A DNA stretch of 51,152 bases from contig CAZHRY010000005.1 of the NCBI GenBank assembly GCA_964535065.1, positions 1 through 51,152 on the forward strand, in the 5' to 3' direction. This document shows positions 8,422 to 16,414 of this stretch, piece by piece. The notes below the pieces were generated by a model. That model did not search any database. It was not told the DNA's origin and saw nothing but the letters and a program-made list of their open reading frames with translations. The DNA is from an uncultured Actinomycetes bacterium. GTDB taxonomy: Bacteria; Actinomycetota; UBA4738; HRBIN12. Position 1 is the first letter of the stretch; each line of letters begins with the position of its first letter. A program made the position numbers and the translations under genes.

Positions 8422-9657
8422 TCAGGGCAACGGGCCGGACTCCGCGTGGGGCACGATCTCGGGTTCCGGCGGCGCCCCCGGTGTGGGCATGTCCAGCGCA
8501 GGGATCGCCAGGACGATCCAGGCGACCGCGGCTCCCGCGAGGGCCATGGCCGACGCGGAGAAGTAGAGGATCGCCGGGCCCATGTGCTCGTAGACCAGGC
8601 CGCCCGCCCCGGCACCGACGATCGGCGCCAGTCCGAACCCGACCATCCCGGCGACGGCGTTGCCGGTCGAGTACAGGGTCTGCGGGAGGAGCTTGCCGAC
8701 GATGACGACGCCGCTCGTGAACAGCAGGCTGAACGCCACGCCTTCCAGGACCGAGAGTATCGACAACCAGGTGGGGTCGGAGATGCTTCCCCACAGCAGG
8801 AACCCCAGCGCGTAGACGGCACATCCGGCCGCGAAGACCTTTCTCAGGCCGAACCGCCTTTGGAAGGCCGACGACTTCCGCATCGTCGCGACCTCGATCA
8901 GCCCTCCTAGCGCCGCGCCGACGCCGATGAGGAGCGCACCGCCGCCCTGGTCCGCGATGCGCAGACCGATGTAGTTCCACGCGGCGTTGAAGCCCGTCCA
9001 CACCAGGAAGCTCGCGCCGAGGAATCCCCAGAAGCGCGGCGCTTCGCGGAACACGGCCCCCACCGTGCCAAGTTTGCCGTGCCCTGCCTCACGCGCCGGC
9101 CTGTCTCTGACCACGGTCGTGCTCCAGACCAGGACGGCGACGCACGATACCGAATACAGAGGCATCGCCCAGCCGACGTCGAGGTACTCCAGCACGGCGC
9201 CGAAGCCCACACACCCGATCGCGTAGGTGAGGCTCTCCCAGCTCCGGATCTTGCCGTACTCCGCCATGTTCTCGTCGCCGAGATGGACGAGCGCGATGGC
9301 ATCGACGTTGGGACCAAGGGCGACCATGAAGAGGGCCTGCATCACGGCCATGAAGATCAGGATGGGAAGGTCGCCAGCCAGATTCATGCCCACGGCGGCG
9401 AGGGCCGTGCCTGCCGTTCCGATCTGGAGAGCCGTCAGGCGTCCCAGCCTGGTGTCCGAGAAGTGGCCCCAGAGCGGGTTCGCGATCAGCCGGGACACCG
9501 CCATCGCTGCGATCACCAGGCCGATCTGGCTCTCGGAAAGCCCGTGACGTCCATCCAGGTATAGCGACAGGAACGGGAAGAACGCGGCTATGCAGAAGCC
9601 GAAGAGCAGGAAGAGCCCGCGGATGGCCACAGCGTGTCCCACCCGCGCGGTTCGCAT
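8422..9657 (-). CDS. MFS transporter
   Basis: 3' 411 codons of ORF 8422..10326(-), from ATG 9657 (MRTARVGHAVAIRGLFLLFGFCIAAFFPFLSLYL...). About 12 hydrophobic helices, and the loop SDTRLGRL is MFS motif-A-like. The upstream part of the ORF is antisense to the SIS gene. Confidence 0.8.
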   Translation of the reverse strand: MRTARVGHAVAIRGLFLLFGFCIAAFFPFLSLYLDGRHGLSESQIGLVIAAMAVSRLIANPLWGHFSDTRLGRLTALQIGTAGTALAAVGMNLAGDLPILIFMAVMQALFMVALGPNVDAIALVHLGDENMAEYGKIRSWESLTYAIGCVGFGAVLEYLDVGWAMPLYSVSCVAVLVWSTTVVRDRPAREAGHGKLGTVGAVFREAPRFWGFLGASFLVWTGFNAAWNYIGLRIADQGGGALLIGVGAALGGLIEVATMRKSSAFQRRFGLRKVFAAGCAVYALGFLLWGSISDPTWLSILSVLEGVAFSLLFTSGVVIVGKLLPQTLYSTGNAVAGMVGFGLAPIVGAGAGGLVYEHMGPAILYFSASAMALAGAAVAWIVLAIPALDMPTPGAPPEPEIVPHAESGPLP

Positions 9658-9726
9658 GACGCCCAAGCTAGCAGGGCAGACGGCGAGCACCCGGCGAACG
9701 GCTCGCGCGAGTACCCTCTGCCCCTG

Positions 9727-10527
9727 ATGGACGCTGCCGCGAAGGAACTGGCGAGCCAGCCGGCGTGCTGGCGCCGGGCAGCCTCGATGGCGCGGGACTG
9801 CGAGCTGTTGCTGCCCCATTTCGGCGAGCACGTCGCGGTGGTCGGCTGGGGCGCATCGGCGCATGCGGCCGGCGCGTATGCGTGGCTCCGCCAAGCGGCG
9901 GGTCACGGACCGACCGAGGCGTTCGGTCCGACGGAGATCCCTCCTTTCCGAACGTTCGACCGGGCCATCGTGCTCACCGCGACGGGTGAGGACCCCTGGA
10001 CGGTCACATGCCTGGAACGCCTGCGAGAAGAGGCGATCATCACGACGGTGGTCACAGCGGACGACGGTTCGTCCGCCGCGCGGTTGGCGGGTCACCTGAT
10101 CCCGCTGAGCTTCGCGTCCGAACGCGTGGCGGGGACCCGGTTCGGCACGAGCTTCCTCGCCCTGGCCAGAGCCCATCTCGGTGAAGAGATGGACCCTGCC
10201 ATCTCCGAGGCCGAGTCTGCGATCGCGCAGCCTGTATCCGGGGCTGCCGCGTTCGCCAGCCACGTCTTCCTGGGTCACGGCTGGACGGTGGGGCTGGCGA
10301 ACGCGGCAGCCTCCACCTTTCGCCATCGGGAACTCGTGGCGTCCTCCGGACCCGCCGCCGAGTGGCAGGAGCTGACGCTTGCCGGCGACGGAACCCTCGT
10401 CTGGGTGTTCGGCTCGCCCGATGCTTCCATCCCCGAGGAACTGGCGCGCGCCGGAGCCACGATCCGCCTCGCAGAGGGGGATCCGATGGCCGAGCTGGTG
10501 CGCGCCCAGGTATCTGCGGCCGGCTGA
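9727..10527 (+). CDS. SIS (sugar isomerase) domain protein, AgaS/FrlB-like, divergent
   Basis: ORF 9634..10527(+), start trimmed to ATG 9727 (MDAAAKELASQPACW). VAVVGWGASAHAAGAYAWL and AIVLTATGEDPWTV resemble the SIS nucleotide-fold motifs, but weakly. Confidence 0.6.
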   Translation: MDAAAKELASQPACWRRAASMARDCELLLPHFGEHVAVVGWGASAHAAGAYAWLRQAAGHGPTEAFGPTEIPPFRTFDRAIVLTATGEDPWTVTCLERLREEAIITTVVTADDGSSAARLAGHLIPLSFASERVAGTRFGTSFLALARAHLGEEMDPAISEAESAIAQPVSGAAAFASHVFLGHGWTVGLANAAASTFRHRELVASSGPAAEWQELTLAGDGTLVWVFGSPDASIPEELARAGATIRLAEGDPMAELVRAQVSAAG

Positions 10528-10576
10528 TCAGACGATCCGCCCGATCAGACGATCCGCCCGATCAGACGATCCGCGT
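10526..10576. repeat. 3 x 17-bp direct tandem repeat (GATCAGACGATCCGCCC x2, then GATCAGACGATCCGCGT)
   Basis: Read directly: units at 10526-10542, 10543-10559 and 10560-10576. The array contains the TGA of the SIS gene (10525-10527) and the stop of the convergent kinase gene (complement of 10562-10564). Confidence 0.95.
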
Positions 10577-11500
10577 GACGGCTTGCTCTGCCAGTTCGGC
10601 CGCACGCGCGGGATCGAGCTTCGCCGCGCCGGGCATCTCCGCGTTCGCCGTGGCGGCGCCGAGGGCTCGGCGAAGGGACGGCTCCCATCCCAGGTCCTGC
10701 TCCAGGCCGGTCACCAGGCCGGCCAGGAACGCATCGCCGCTGCCGACCGGGTAGCGGCCCCTCACGTAGAGCATCCCCTCGTAGAGGGTGCCGTCGGGCC
10801 CGGCCAGGACGACTCCCTCCGAGCCCCGGGTTATCAGTGCGGCGTGCCCGTCGCCTCCCGCCAGGTCGCGGAGCTTGGCCACCGCCGACAAGGCTTCCTC
10901 GCGCCGGGCCGTGGGGACGCCCAGCAGCTCGCGCGCCTCGGCTTGGTTCACCTTGACCACGTCGGGGCTCGCCTCGAGAGCGAGACGCAAGCGATCACCC
11001 TCGCAGTCCACGGCGACGCGGGTCCCCGCTGAACGGACCTCGGCCACCAGATCCCGGTACCCGGAGTCGGGCGCGCCGCGGGGCATCGAGCCGCTGATGG
11101 TCATCCACGGGGCTTCGGGGAGCAGGGTCGACGCCGCATCCATCAGCTCGACCCACGCCGCCTCGGGCACTATCGATCCGTGCTCGTAGAACTCCGTGAG
11201 GCTCCCCGTCTCGGAGTCGGCCACGGAGAGCGACGAGCGGTTCTCTCCGTGAGCCCAGACGAACACGCCTCTGACATCTTCCGCGCCGAGCTGCTCTTCG
11301 AGCCACTTGCCGGCGTGCCCGCGCAGGATCGCGACCGCGCAGACCTCCGAGCCCATGGCCCTCGCAGCTCGGGCGACGTTCAGGCCCTTGCCGCCCGCGA
11401 CCTGGATGAAGCCCGTAGGACGGTGGATGTCGCCCTTCACGAGCCGCTCGATCTCGAAGAGCTTGTCGATGGACGGATTTGCCGCCAGGCACACGATCAT
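10562..11500 (-). CDS. 1-phosphofructokinase-family hexose-phosphate kinase (PfkB superfamily; FruK/LacC-like)
   Basis: 3' 312 codons of ORF 10562..11800(-), from ATG 11500 with AAGGAG upstream. MIVCLAANPSIDKLFEI..., VAGGKGLNVARAARAMG, and a C-terminal GSGDAFLAG motif. Confidence 0.85.
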   Translation of the reverse strand: MIVCLAANPSIDKLFEIERLVKGDIHRPTGFIQVAGGKGLNVARAARAMGSEVCAVAILRGHAGKWLEEQLGAEDVRGVFVWAHGENRSSLSVADSETGSLTEFYEHGSIVPEAAWVELMDAASTLLPEAPWMTISGSMPRGAPDSGYRDLVAEVRSAGTRVAVDCEGDRLRLALEASPDVVKVNQAEARELLGVPTARREEALSAVAKLRDLAGGDGHAALITRGSEGVVLAGPDGTLYEGMLYVRGRYPVGSGDAFLAGLVTGLEQDLGWEPSLRRALGAATANAEMPGAAKLDPARAAELAEQAVTRIV

Positions 11501-11552
11501 CGGCGACTCCTTCGGGGCTGGGCGGTTCGGAATGCCCCGATACGATACCCGC

Positions 11553-12065
11553 ATGGCCCCCCGGATCGTGCTGGTCGAGGGCGACATCACCCTGCAGGAC
11601 GCGGACGCCGTGGTCAACGCCGCGAACAGCACGCTGATGGGCGGCGGCGGTGTGGACGGCGCCATCCACAGGGCCGGCGGCCCCCGGATCTTGGAGGCCT
11701 GCCGCGAGATCAGGAGAACGCAGTACCCCGACGGGTTGCCCACGGGCCAGGCGGTGGCCACGACCGGCGGCGACCTGCGAGCCCGCTGGGTGATCCACAC
11801 CGTAGGTCCCGTCTACTCGGGCTCGCCGGAAGACGCGGCGCTGCTGGCCTCCTGCCACACCGAGTCGCTGCGTGTCGCGGACGAGCTGGACGCCCGGATC
11901 GTGGCGTTCCCGGCCATCTCCTGCGGGATCTACGGCTACCCTCCGCGCGAAGCCGCGCCCGTGGCCCTGGCCGCCGTGCGCGGCGCAGCCACTCGGGTCG
12001 AGGAGATCCGTTTCGTGCTCTTCGGGCCCGACACCGCCTCTGCCTTCCGGGCCGCCTTCGAGTGA
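11553..12065 (+). CDS. macro domain protein (O-acetyl-ADP-ribose deacetylase, YmdB-like)
   Basis: In ORF 11307..12065(+), from ATG 11553 (alternative 11532). VEGDITLQDADAVVNAANSTLMGGGGVDGAIHRAGG, VIHTVGP, FPAISCGIYGYP. Confidence 0.85.
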   Translation: MAPRIVLVEGDITLQDADAVVNAANSTLMGGGGVDGAIHRAGGPRILEACREIRRTQYPDGLPTGQAVATTGGDLRARWVIHTVGPVYSGSPEDAALLASCHTESLRVADELDARIVAFPAISCGIYGYPPREAAPVALAAVRGAATRVEEIRFVLFGPDTASAFRAAFE

Positions 12066-12120
12066 TTCCGACCACGCTGGTAGCATTCCGCTTCCCGAAG
12101 AGCGGACCCGAGTGGAACCG

Positions 12121-12456
12121 ATGAGCGAACACCTGACCGACGTGAAGGGCGTGTACGACAACCTGGAGCGGATCCAGCTCGTCGATTGCCGCGACGCGAA
12201 CGAGTGGGATGCAGGCCGCATCGAGGCGGCCATCCACATCCCCCTCAACTCGATCATGAGCGGAGCAGGCACGGACCTGGACCGGGACGTCCCTATCGCG
12301 GTCATCTGCCGTAGCGGGAACCGATCCGAGCTCGCCACGATGATGTTCCAGGCTCGCGGGTTCGAGGCTTACAACGTCGAAGGCGGCATGGAGGCTTGGG
12401 AGGCTGCGGGCCTGCCCTTCACCGCCCCCGACGGCTCGCCCGGCCGCGTGGTCTGA
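12121..12456 (+). CDS. single-domain rhodanese-like sulfurtransferase
   Basis: In ORF 11872..12456(+), from ATG 12121. LVDCRDANEWDAGRIEAAIHIPL and the active-site loop CRSGNRS. Confidence 0.85.
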   Translation: MSEHLTDVKGVYDNLERIQLVDCRDANEWDAGRIEAAIHIPLNSIMSGAGTDLDRDVPIAVICRSGNRSELATMMFQARGFEAYNVEGGMEAWEAAGLPFTAPDGSPGRVV

Positions 12457-12501
12457 CGAGCTCTCCGCCCCCCTGGGCGTGCTGAGCGTAGCCTTTCCGA
12501 C

Positions 12502-12669
12502 ATGACCGGTCTCGAGGCTGCACGTGCGGAGCTGGCCGCCACGCTGGGCCCCGAGGCGGTCCTGTCCGATCCCCTCGCTCTCAAGCTCTACGCGCGCGAT
12601 GCATCCTGGGTCTATGGCTGGGCGGGTTTGGTGGCCCTGCCCGGCTTTCAGGCGGGGGTCGTCGTTTGA
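12502..12669 (+). pseudogene. glcD: N-terminal 55 codons of glcD, cut off from the rest of the gene by an in-frame TGA
   Basis: Too short for the ORF track. ATG 12502 gives MTGLEAARAELAATLGPEAVLSDPLALKLYARDASWVYGWAGLVALPGFQAGVVV, then TGA at 12667-12669. It is in the same frame as ORF 12670..13932. Confidence 0.6.
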
Positions 12670-12672
12670 TTG

Positions 12673-13932
12673 ATGGGGGCGGCGGGGCCCGCCCCCCGGG
12701 CCGACCCGCGCGGCAGCGGCACCGGTCTCGCGGGCGCGGCCACCCCCCTCCCCGGTTCCCTCGTCGTCTCCACGGCGAAGATGCGCCGCATCCTCGAGGT
12801 GCGCCCCGAGGACCGCCTGGCCTGGGTCGAGCCCGGGGTGTTCAACCTAGACCTGGCCGAGCATCTGCGCTCCACCGGGTTCACGTACGCGCCCGACCCA
12901 TCCAGCCAGCAGGTCTCTTCGATCGGCGGCAACGTCAGCACGAATGCCGGCGGTCCCCACTGCTTGGCCTACGGCGTCACGAGCGCACATGTCCTCGCAC
13001 TGGACCTCGTGCTTCCGGACGGCTCGGTCGAGAGGCTGGGGAGCGAAGGACCCGCGTCCGCCGGATACGACCTGCGAGGTTTCGTCGTGGGAAGCGAGGG
13101 AACCCTCGGCGTCGTGACCGCCGCCTGCGTCAGGCTGACCCCCATCCCTCCCGCGGTGCGAACGATGCTGCTCGATTTCGCGTCGGTCGAGGAGTGCGCC
13201 CGGACCGTCTCGGCCATGATCGCGCGAGGAGTCATTCCGGCAGCCTTGGAGATGATGGACCAAGGGATCGTCCGCGCCGTCGAGAACTTCGCCCACGCCG
13301 GGTATCCGACCGATGCAGCCGCGGTCCTCCTGGTCGAGGTGGACGGCTTGGAGTCCGCCGTCAGGGCCCAGGCGCGCGAGGTCGAGGCCGCCGCACGAGA
13401 GAACGGCGTGGGCACCGTGCGGGTGGCGGCGGACGAGACCGAGCGCGCCCTGCTGTGGAAGGGCCGCAAGTCGGCCTTCGGCGCCATCGCCCAGATCGCA
13501 CCGAACTACCACCTGCACGACTGCGTGGTGCCACGCACCAAGCTCGCCGAGATGCTCGCCGGCGTCTACGCCATCGCGCGGCGTCACGACCTGATCGTCA
13601 CGAACGTCTTCCACGCCGGCGACGGCAACCTGCACCCCCTCTTCTCGTTCGACATGGCGGTTCCCGGAACGCTGGACCGTGTGCTGGCCGCGGCCGACGA
13701 GCTGGTCCGCCTGTGCGTGGACGCGGGCGGCGCGCTTTCCGGCGAGCACGGCATCGGCCTGGAGAAGAGGGACTTCATGCCACTGGTCTTCTCGGCTCAG
13801 GACCTGGAGCTGCAGGCCTGCCTGCGAACCGCGTTCGACCCGGACGGCCGCATGAACCCGCACAAGGTCCTCCCCGACGGCGCGCGTTGCGGCGACACTT
13901 CTCTGCGCATCCCGGAGGGAACGTGGATCTGA
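12673..13932 (+). CDS. glcD: FAD-linked oxidase, glycolate oxidase subunit GlcD-like (body of the gene downstream of the in-frame stop)
   Basis: ORF 12670..13932(+), with TTG 12670 and ATG 12673. PRGSGTGLAGAATPL, GGNVSTNAGGPH, GSEGTLGVVT, and C-terminal GEHGIGLEKRDFM. Confidence 0.85.
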   Translation: MGAAGPAPRADPRGSGTGLAGAATPLPGSLVVSTAKMRRILEVRPEDRLAWVEPGVFNLDLAEHLRSTGFTYAPDPSSQQVSSIGGNVSTNAGGPHCLAYGVTSAHVLALDLVLPDGSVERLGSEGPASAGYDLRGFVVGSEGTLGVVTAACVRLTPIPPAVRTMLLDFASVEECARTVSAMIARGVIPAALEMMDQGIVRAVENFAHAGYPTDAAAVLLVEVDGLESAVRAQAREVEAAARENGVGTVRVAADETERALLWKGRKSAFGAIAQIAPNYHLHDCVVPRTKLAEMLAGVYAIARRHDLIVTNVFHAGDGNLHPLFSFDMAVPGTLDRVLAAADELVRLCVDAGGALSGEHGIGLEKRDFMPLVFSAQDLELQACLRTAFDPDGRMNPHKVLPDGARCGDTSLRIPEGTWI

Positions 13933-14966
13933 TCCACCCTCACTCGATCCACGACGTGGAGGAGGCGGTCAGGGACGCCGCTCGCCTCGGGACACGCCTG
14001 CTGCTCGTCGGTGGGCGCGTGAACATGGACAAGGGCAACCCCTCCGAGGTTGACGCAGAGCTGTGGACCACTCTCCTCGACGACGTGGCCTCCTACGACC
14101 CGGCGGAGATGATCGCGGTCGTCGAGGCGGGGATGCGAGCGCGGGACCTGCGTCATTTGCTCTCTGAGGGCGGCCAAGAGTGGCCCGTGGATGCGCCCGA
14201 CGACGCTACCGTGGGCGGCGTGATCGCGGCAGGGATCGATCCGGTCCGCAGGCTGAGGGTCGGCACCACCCGCGACTCGGTCGTCGAGATGGAGATCGTC
14301 ACCGGCGACGGCCGCCGCATCCGCACGGGCGCTCGAACGGTCAAGAACGTGACCGGCTACGACGTGCACAGGCTCCTCACAGGCTCGCTCGGGACGCTCG
14401 GCTGCATCGTTCAAGTGGCGCTGAAGGTGCGCCCCCTGCCGAAGGAAGCACGCACGCTCGTGGCACGAGAAGGGGGCTTCGATCTTGGCGAACGGCTGCT
14501 CGGCGCCGTGCCGCTCCCGGCTGCCGTGCTGGCCGAGCCAGATCGAGTAGTGCTCCGGCTGGAAGGCTGGCCCGAGGAGGTAGACGAACAGGCCGCCTTC
14601 GCGCGCGGCGTCACGGACATGGACGACGCCGATCCCGAGACCTTCCCGGAGCCCCTGCCCGAAGCGCCGATCGTCGCCGAGGTCTCCGTCGCCCCGTCGC
14701 AACTCGCCCGTGTGCTCGACGGGCACGCCGACAGGTGGCGCGCTCTGATGGGCACCGGGACCGCCTGGGTAGGGGTGCGATCGATGGAGGAACTCCACTC
14801 TCTCAGACAACGCGTGGCGGAGAGCGGCGGAATAGCCCCCGTGATCCGGGGAGAAGGTGGCCTCGGCGACGCCCCCGTCGCCGCCGTGCAGATCCAGCGG
14901 GGGATAAAGGGGGCCCTTGACCCTCTGGGGATCATGGCACCGGGCCGGTTCTGGTCCGGTCTCTAA
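13923..14966 (+). CDS. glcE: glycolate oxidase FAD-binding subunit GlcE-like
   Basis: 3' part of ORF 12666..14966(+). GTG 13923 overlaps the glcD stop by 10 nt. VDLIHPHSIHDVEEAV..LLLVGG, VKNVTGYDVHRLLTGSLGTLG. Confidence 0.8.
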   Translation: MDLIHPHSIHDVEEAVRDAARLGTRLLLVGGRVNMDKGNPSEVDAELWTTLLDDVASYDPAEMIAVVEAGMRARDLRHLLSEGGQEWPVDAPDDATVGGVIAAGIDPVRRLRVGTTRDSVVEMEIVTGDGRRIRTGARTVKNVTGYDVHRLLTGSLGTLGCIVQVALKVRPLPKEARTLVAREGGFDLGERLLGAVPLPAAVLAEPDRVVLRLEGWPEEVDEQAAFARGVTDMDDADPETFPEPLPEAPIVAEVSVAPSQLARVLDGHADRWRALMGTGTAWVGVRSMEELHSLRQRVAESGGIAPVIRGEGGLGDAPVAAVQIQRGIKGALDPLGIMAPGRFWSGL

Positions 14967-15194
14967 GTCTCGGAAACCTGCTCGCCGGTGACCCCGTAGG
15001 TCACTCCCCCCGCGGACCCGGCCCAGCTCGGACGCCACCCGACCCCGCCCCGAGGGCGGCGTCGCGGGTCCGCTTGTCGCGGACGCGAGATGCCGGATGC
15101 TGCGAACCTGTTCGGGACCGTGACGAGCATTACCATCGCCGGTATGTCGCGGAGCGAGCCGCTCGGTGCCGATCTCCCACAAGGAGCCCGCTTC

Positions 15195-16406
15195 GTGGGC
15201 ACGGCTTCCCGGACCGACCCGTCGTGGTTCCCGGAGCGCTCCTCCCCGTCGGTTACCGACCTGAACAGGTGCGTCGCGTGCGGCCTGTGCCTGCCTCACT
15301 GCCCCACGTACCGCCTCACCGCGGACGAGACCGCGTCGCCGCGAGGACGCATCGCGGCCATGAAGGCTGTGCAGGACGGAGGAGCGAGACTCGGCTCGTC
15401 GTTCCTTTCGTTCATGGACCTGTGCCTAGCCTGCCGCGCGTGTGAGGACGTCTGTCCCTCACACGTCCCCTTCGGGAGGATGATCGAGGCCGCACGTGAC
15501 CAGGTCGAGCCACTGCGCCCGATGCGATCCAGGGCCCTTCGCCGTTCCGGTTTCCACTGGCTGCTGCCTCATCCGTCGCTGGTGAGGGCCGCCGCCATGG
15601 TGCAACCTCTGGTGCGCCCCTTCCTACCACATCGCGTGCGCCGGCTGATCCGCGGGAGCGGGCATGCCTTCGGCAGGCTCCCGCGCGTGACAGTGCCCGC
15701 CGGTCAAGAGCGCGGAACGGTGGCGCTGCTCGCCGGATGCGTCCAGGATCGCTGGTTCCACGACGTCAACCTCGCGACCATCCGGGTGCTGGCCGAGAAC
15801 GGTTGGCGGGTCACGGTCCCGCGCGGCCAGGCGTGCTGCGGCGCCCTGGCCGCTCACAACGGCCGACTCTCGGTGGCGAAGCGGCTAGCCCGGCGCGCTG
15901 CGCGAGCGTTCGAGGGCGCGCAGGCCGTGGTCGCTAATGCGGCCGGGTGCGCGGCTCACATGGCGACGTACGCGGACCTGAAGCCGGGAAGCGAGCTGCC
16001 GGTAAGGGACCTCATGGCCTTCCTGTTCGAGGAAGGGCTGACGCGCGAGCCCGGTCGGCTGGACATCACCGTCGCATACCACGACGCGTGCCATGCTCGC
16101 GCCGGGCGGGTCGTCGAGCAGCCCCGCGCCCTGCTCGCGCGGATCGCCCACCTGAAGCTGGTCGAGATCCCGGATGGCAACGCCTGCTGCGGAGCCGCCG
16201 GGATCTACAACGTGACGCAGCCCGGGTTCGCCGACGCTCTGGGCAAGGCCAAAGCCGAGGCCATCATCGCCACCGGTGCACAAGCCGTGGCGTCGGCGAA
16301 CCCGGGCTGCACGATGCAGATAGCGGCCACCCTCCGCGACATGGGACAGGTCGTTCCCCTGCTGCACCCGGTCCAGCTGCTGGACCGCGCCTACAGATCG
16401 GTCTGA
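15195..16406 (+). CDS. glcF: glycolate oxidase iron-sulfur subunit GlcF-like (4Fe-4S dicluster plus two CCG domains)
   Basis: ORF 15090..16406(+). CVACGLCLPHCPTY and CLACRACEDVCPS ferredoxin motifs. CCG repeats (ACCGALAAH, ACCGAAGIYN). Start set at GTG 15195 with AAGGAG 8 nt upstream (alternatives ATG 15144 or 15090). Confidence 0.85.
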   Translation: MGTASRTDPSWFPERSSPSVTDLNRCVACGLCLPHCPTYRLTADETASPRGRIAAMKAVQDGGARLGSSFLSFMDLCLACRACEDVCPSHVPFGRMIEAARDQVEPLRPMRSRALRRSGFHWLLPHPSLVRAAAMVQPLVRPFLPHRVRRLIRGSGHAFGRLPRVTVPAGQERGTVALLAGCVQDRWFHDVNLATIRVLAENGWRVTVPRGQACCGALAAHNGRLSVAKRLARRAARAFEGAQAVVANAAGCAAHMATYADLKPGSELPVRDLMAFLFEEGLTREPGRLDITVAYHDACHARAGRVVEQPRALLARIAHLKLVEIPDGNACCGAAGIYNVTQPGFADALGKAKAEAIIATGAQAVASANPGCTMQIAATLRDMGQVVPLLHPVQLLDRAYRSV

Positions 16407-16414
16407 ATCAGCGA

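Noticed and set aside
10526-10576. Possible CRISPR array
   Set aside because: The repeats are directly abutting 17-mers with no spacers, there are only three units, and no cas genes are present.
12667-12669. Selenocysteine or reassigned TGA (alternative genetic code) as the explanation for the in-frame stop in glcD
   Set aside because: Most genes in the window terminate normally at TGA, so the codon is not reassigned. The aligned position in GlcD-type proteins is not a catalytic Cys. I saw no convincing SECIS-like hairpin immediately downstream.
13797-15299. 500-aa minus-strand ORF (and 12847..13863(-), 12666..14966(+) 5' part)
   Set aside because: These are antisense or off-frame shadows over glcD and glcE. 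Only the 3' 347 codons of 12666..14966 (from GTG 13923) look like GlcE.
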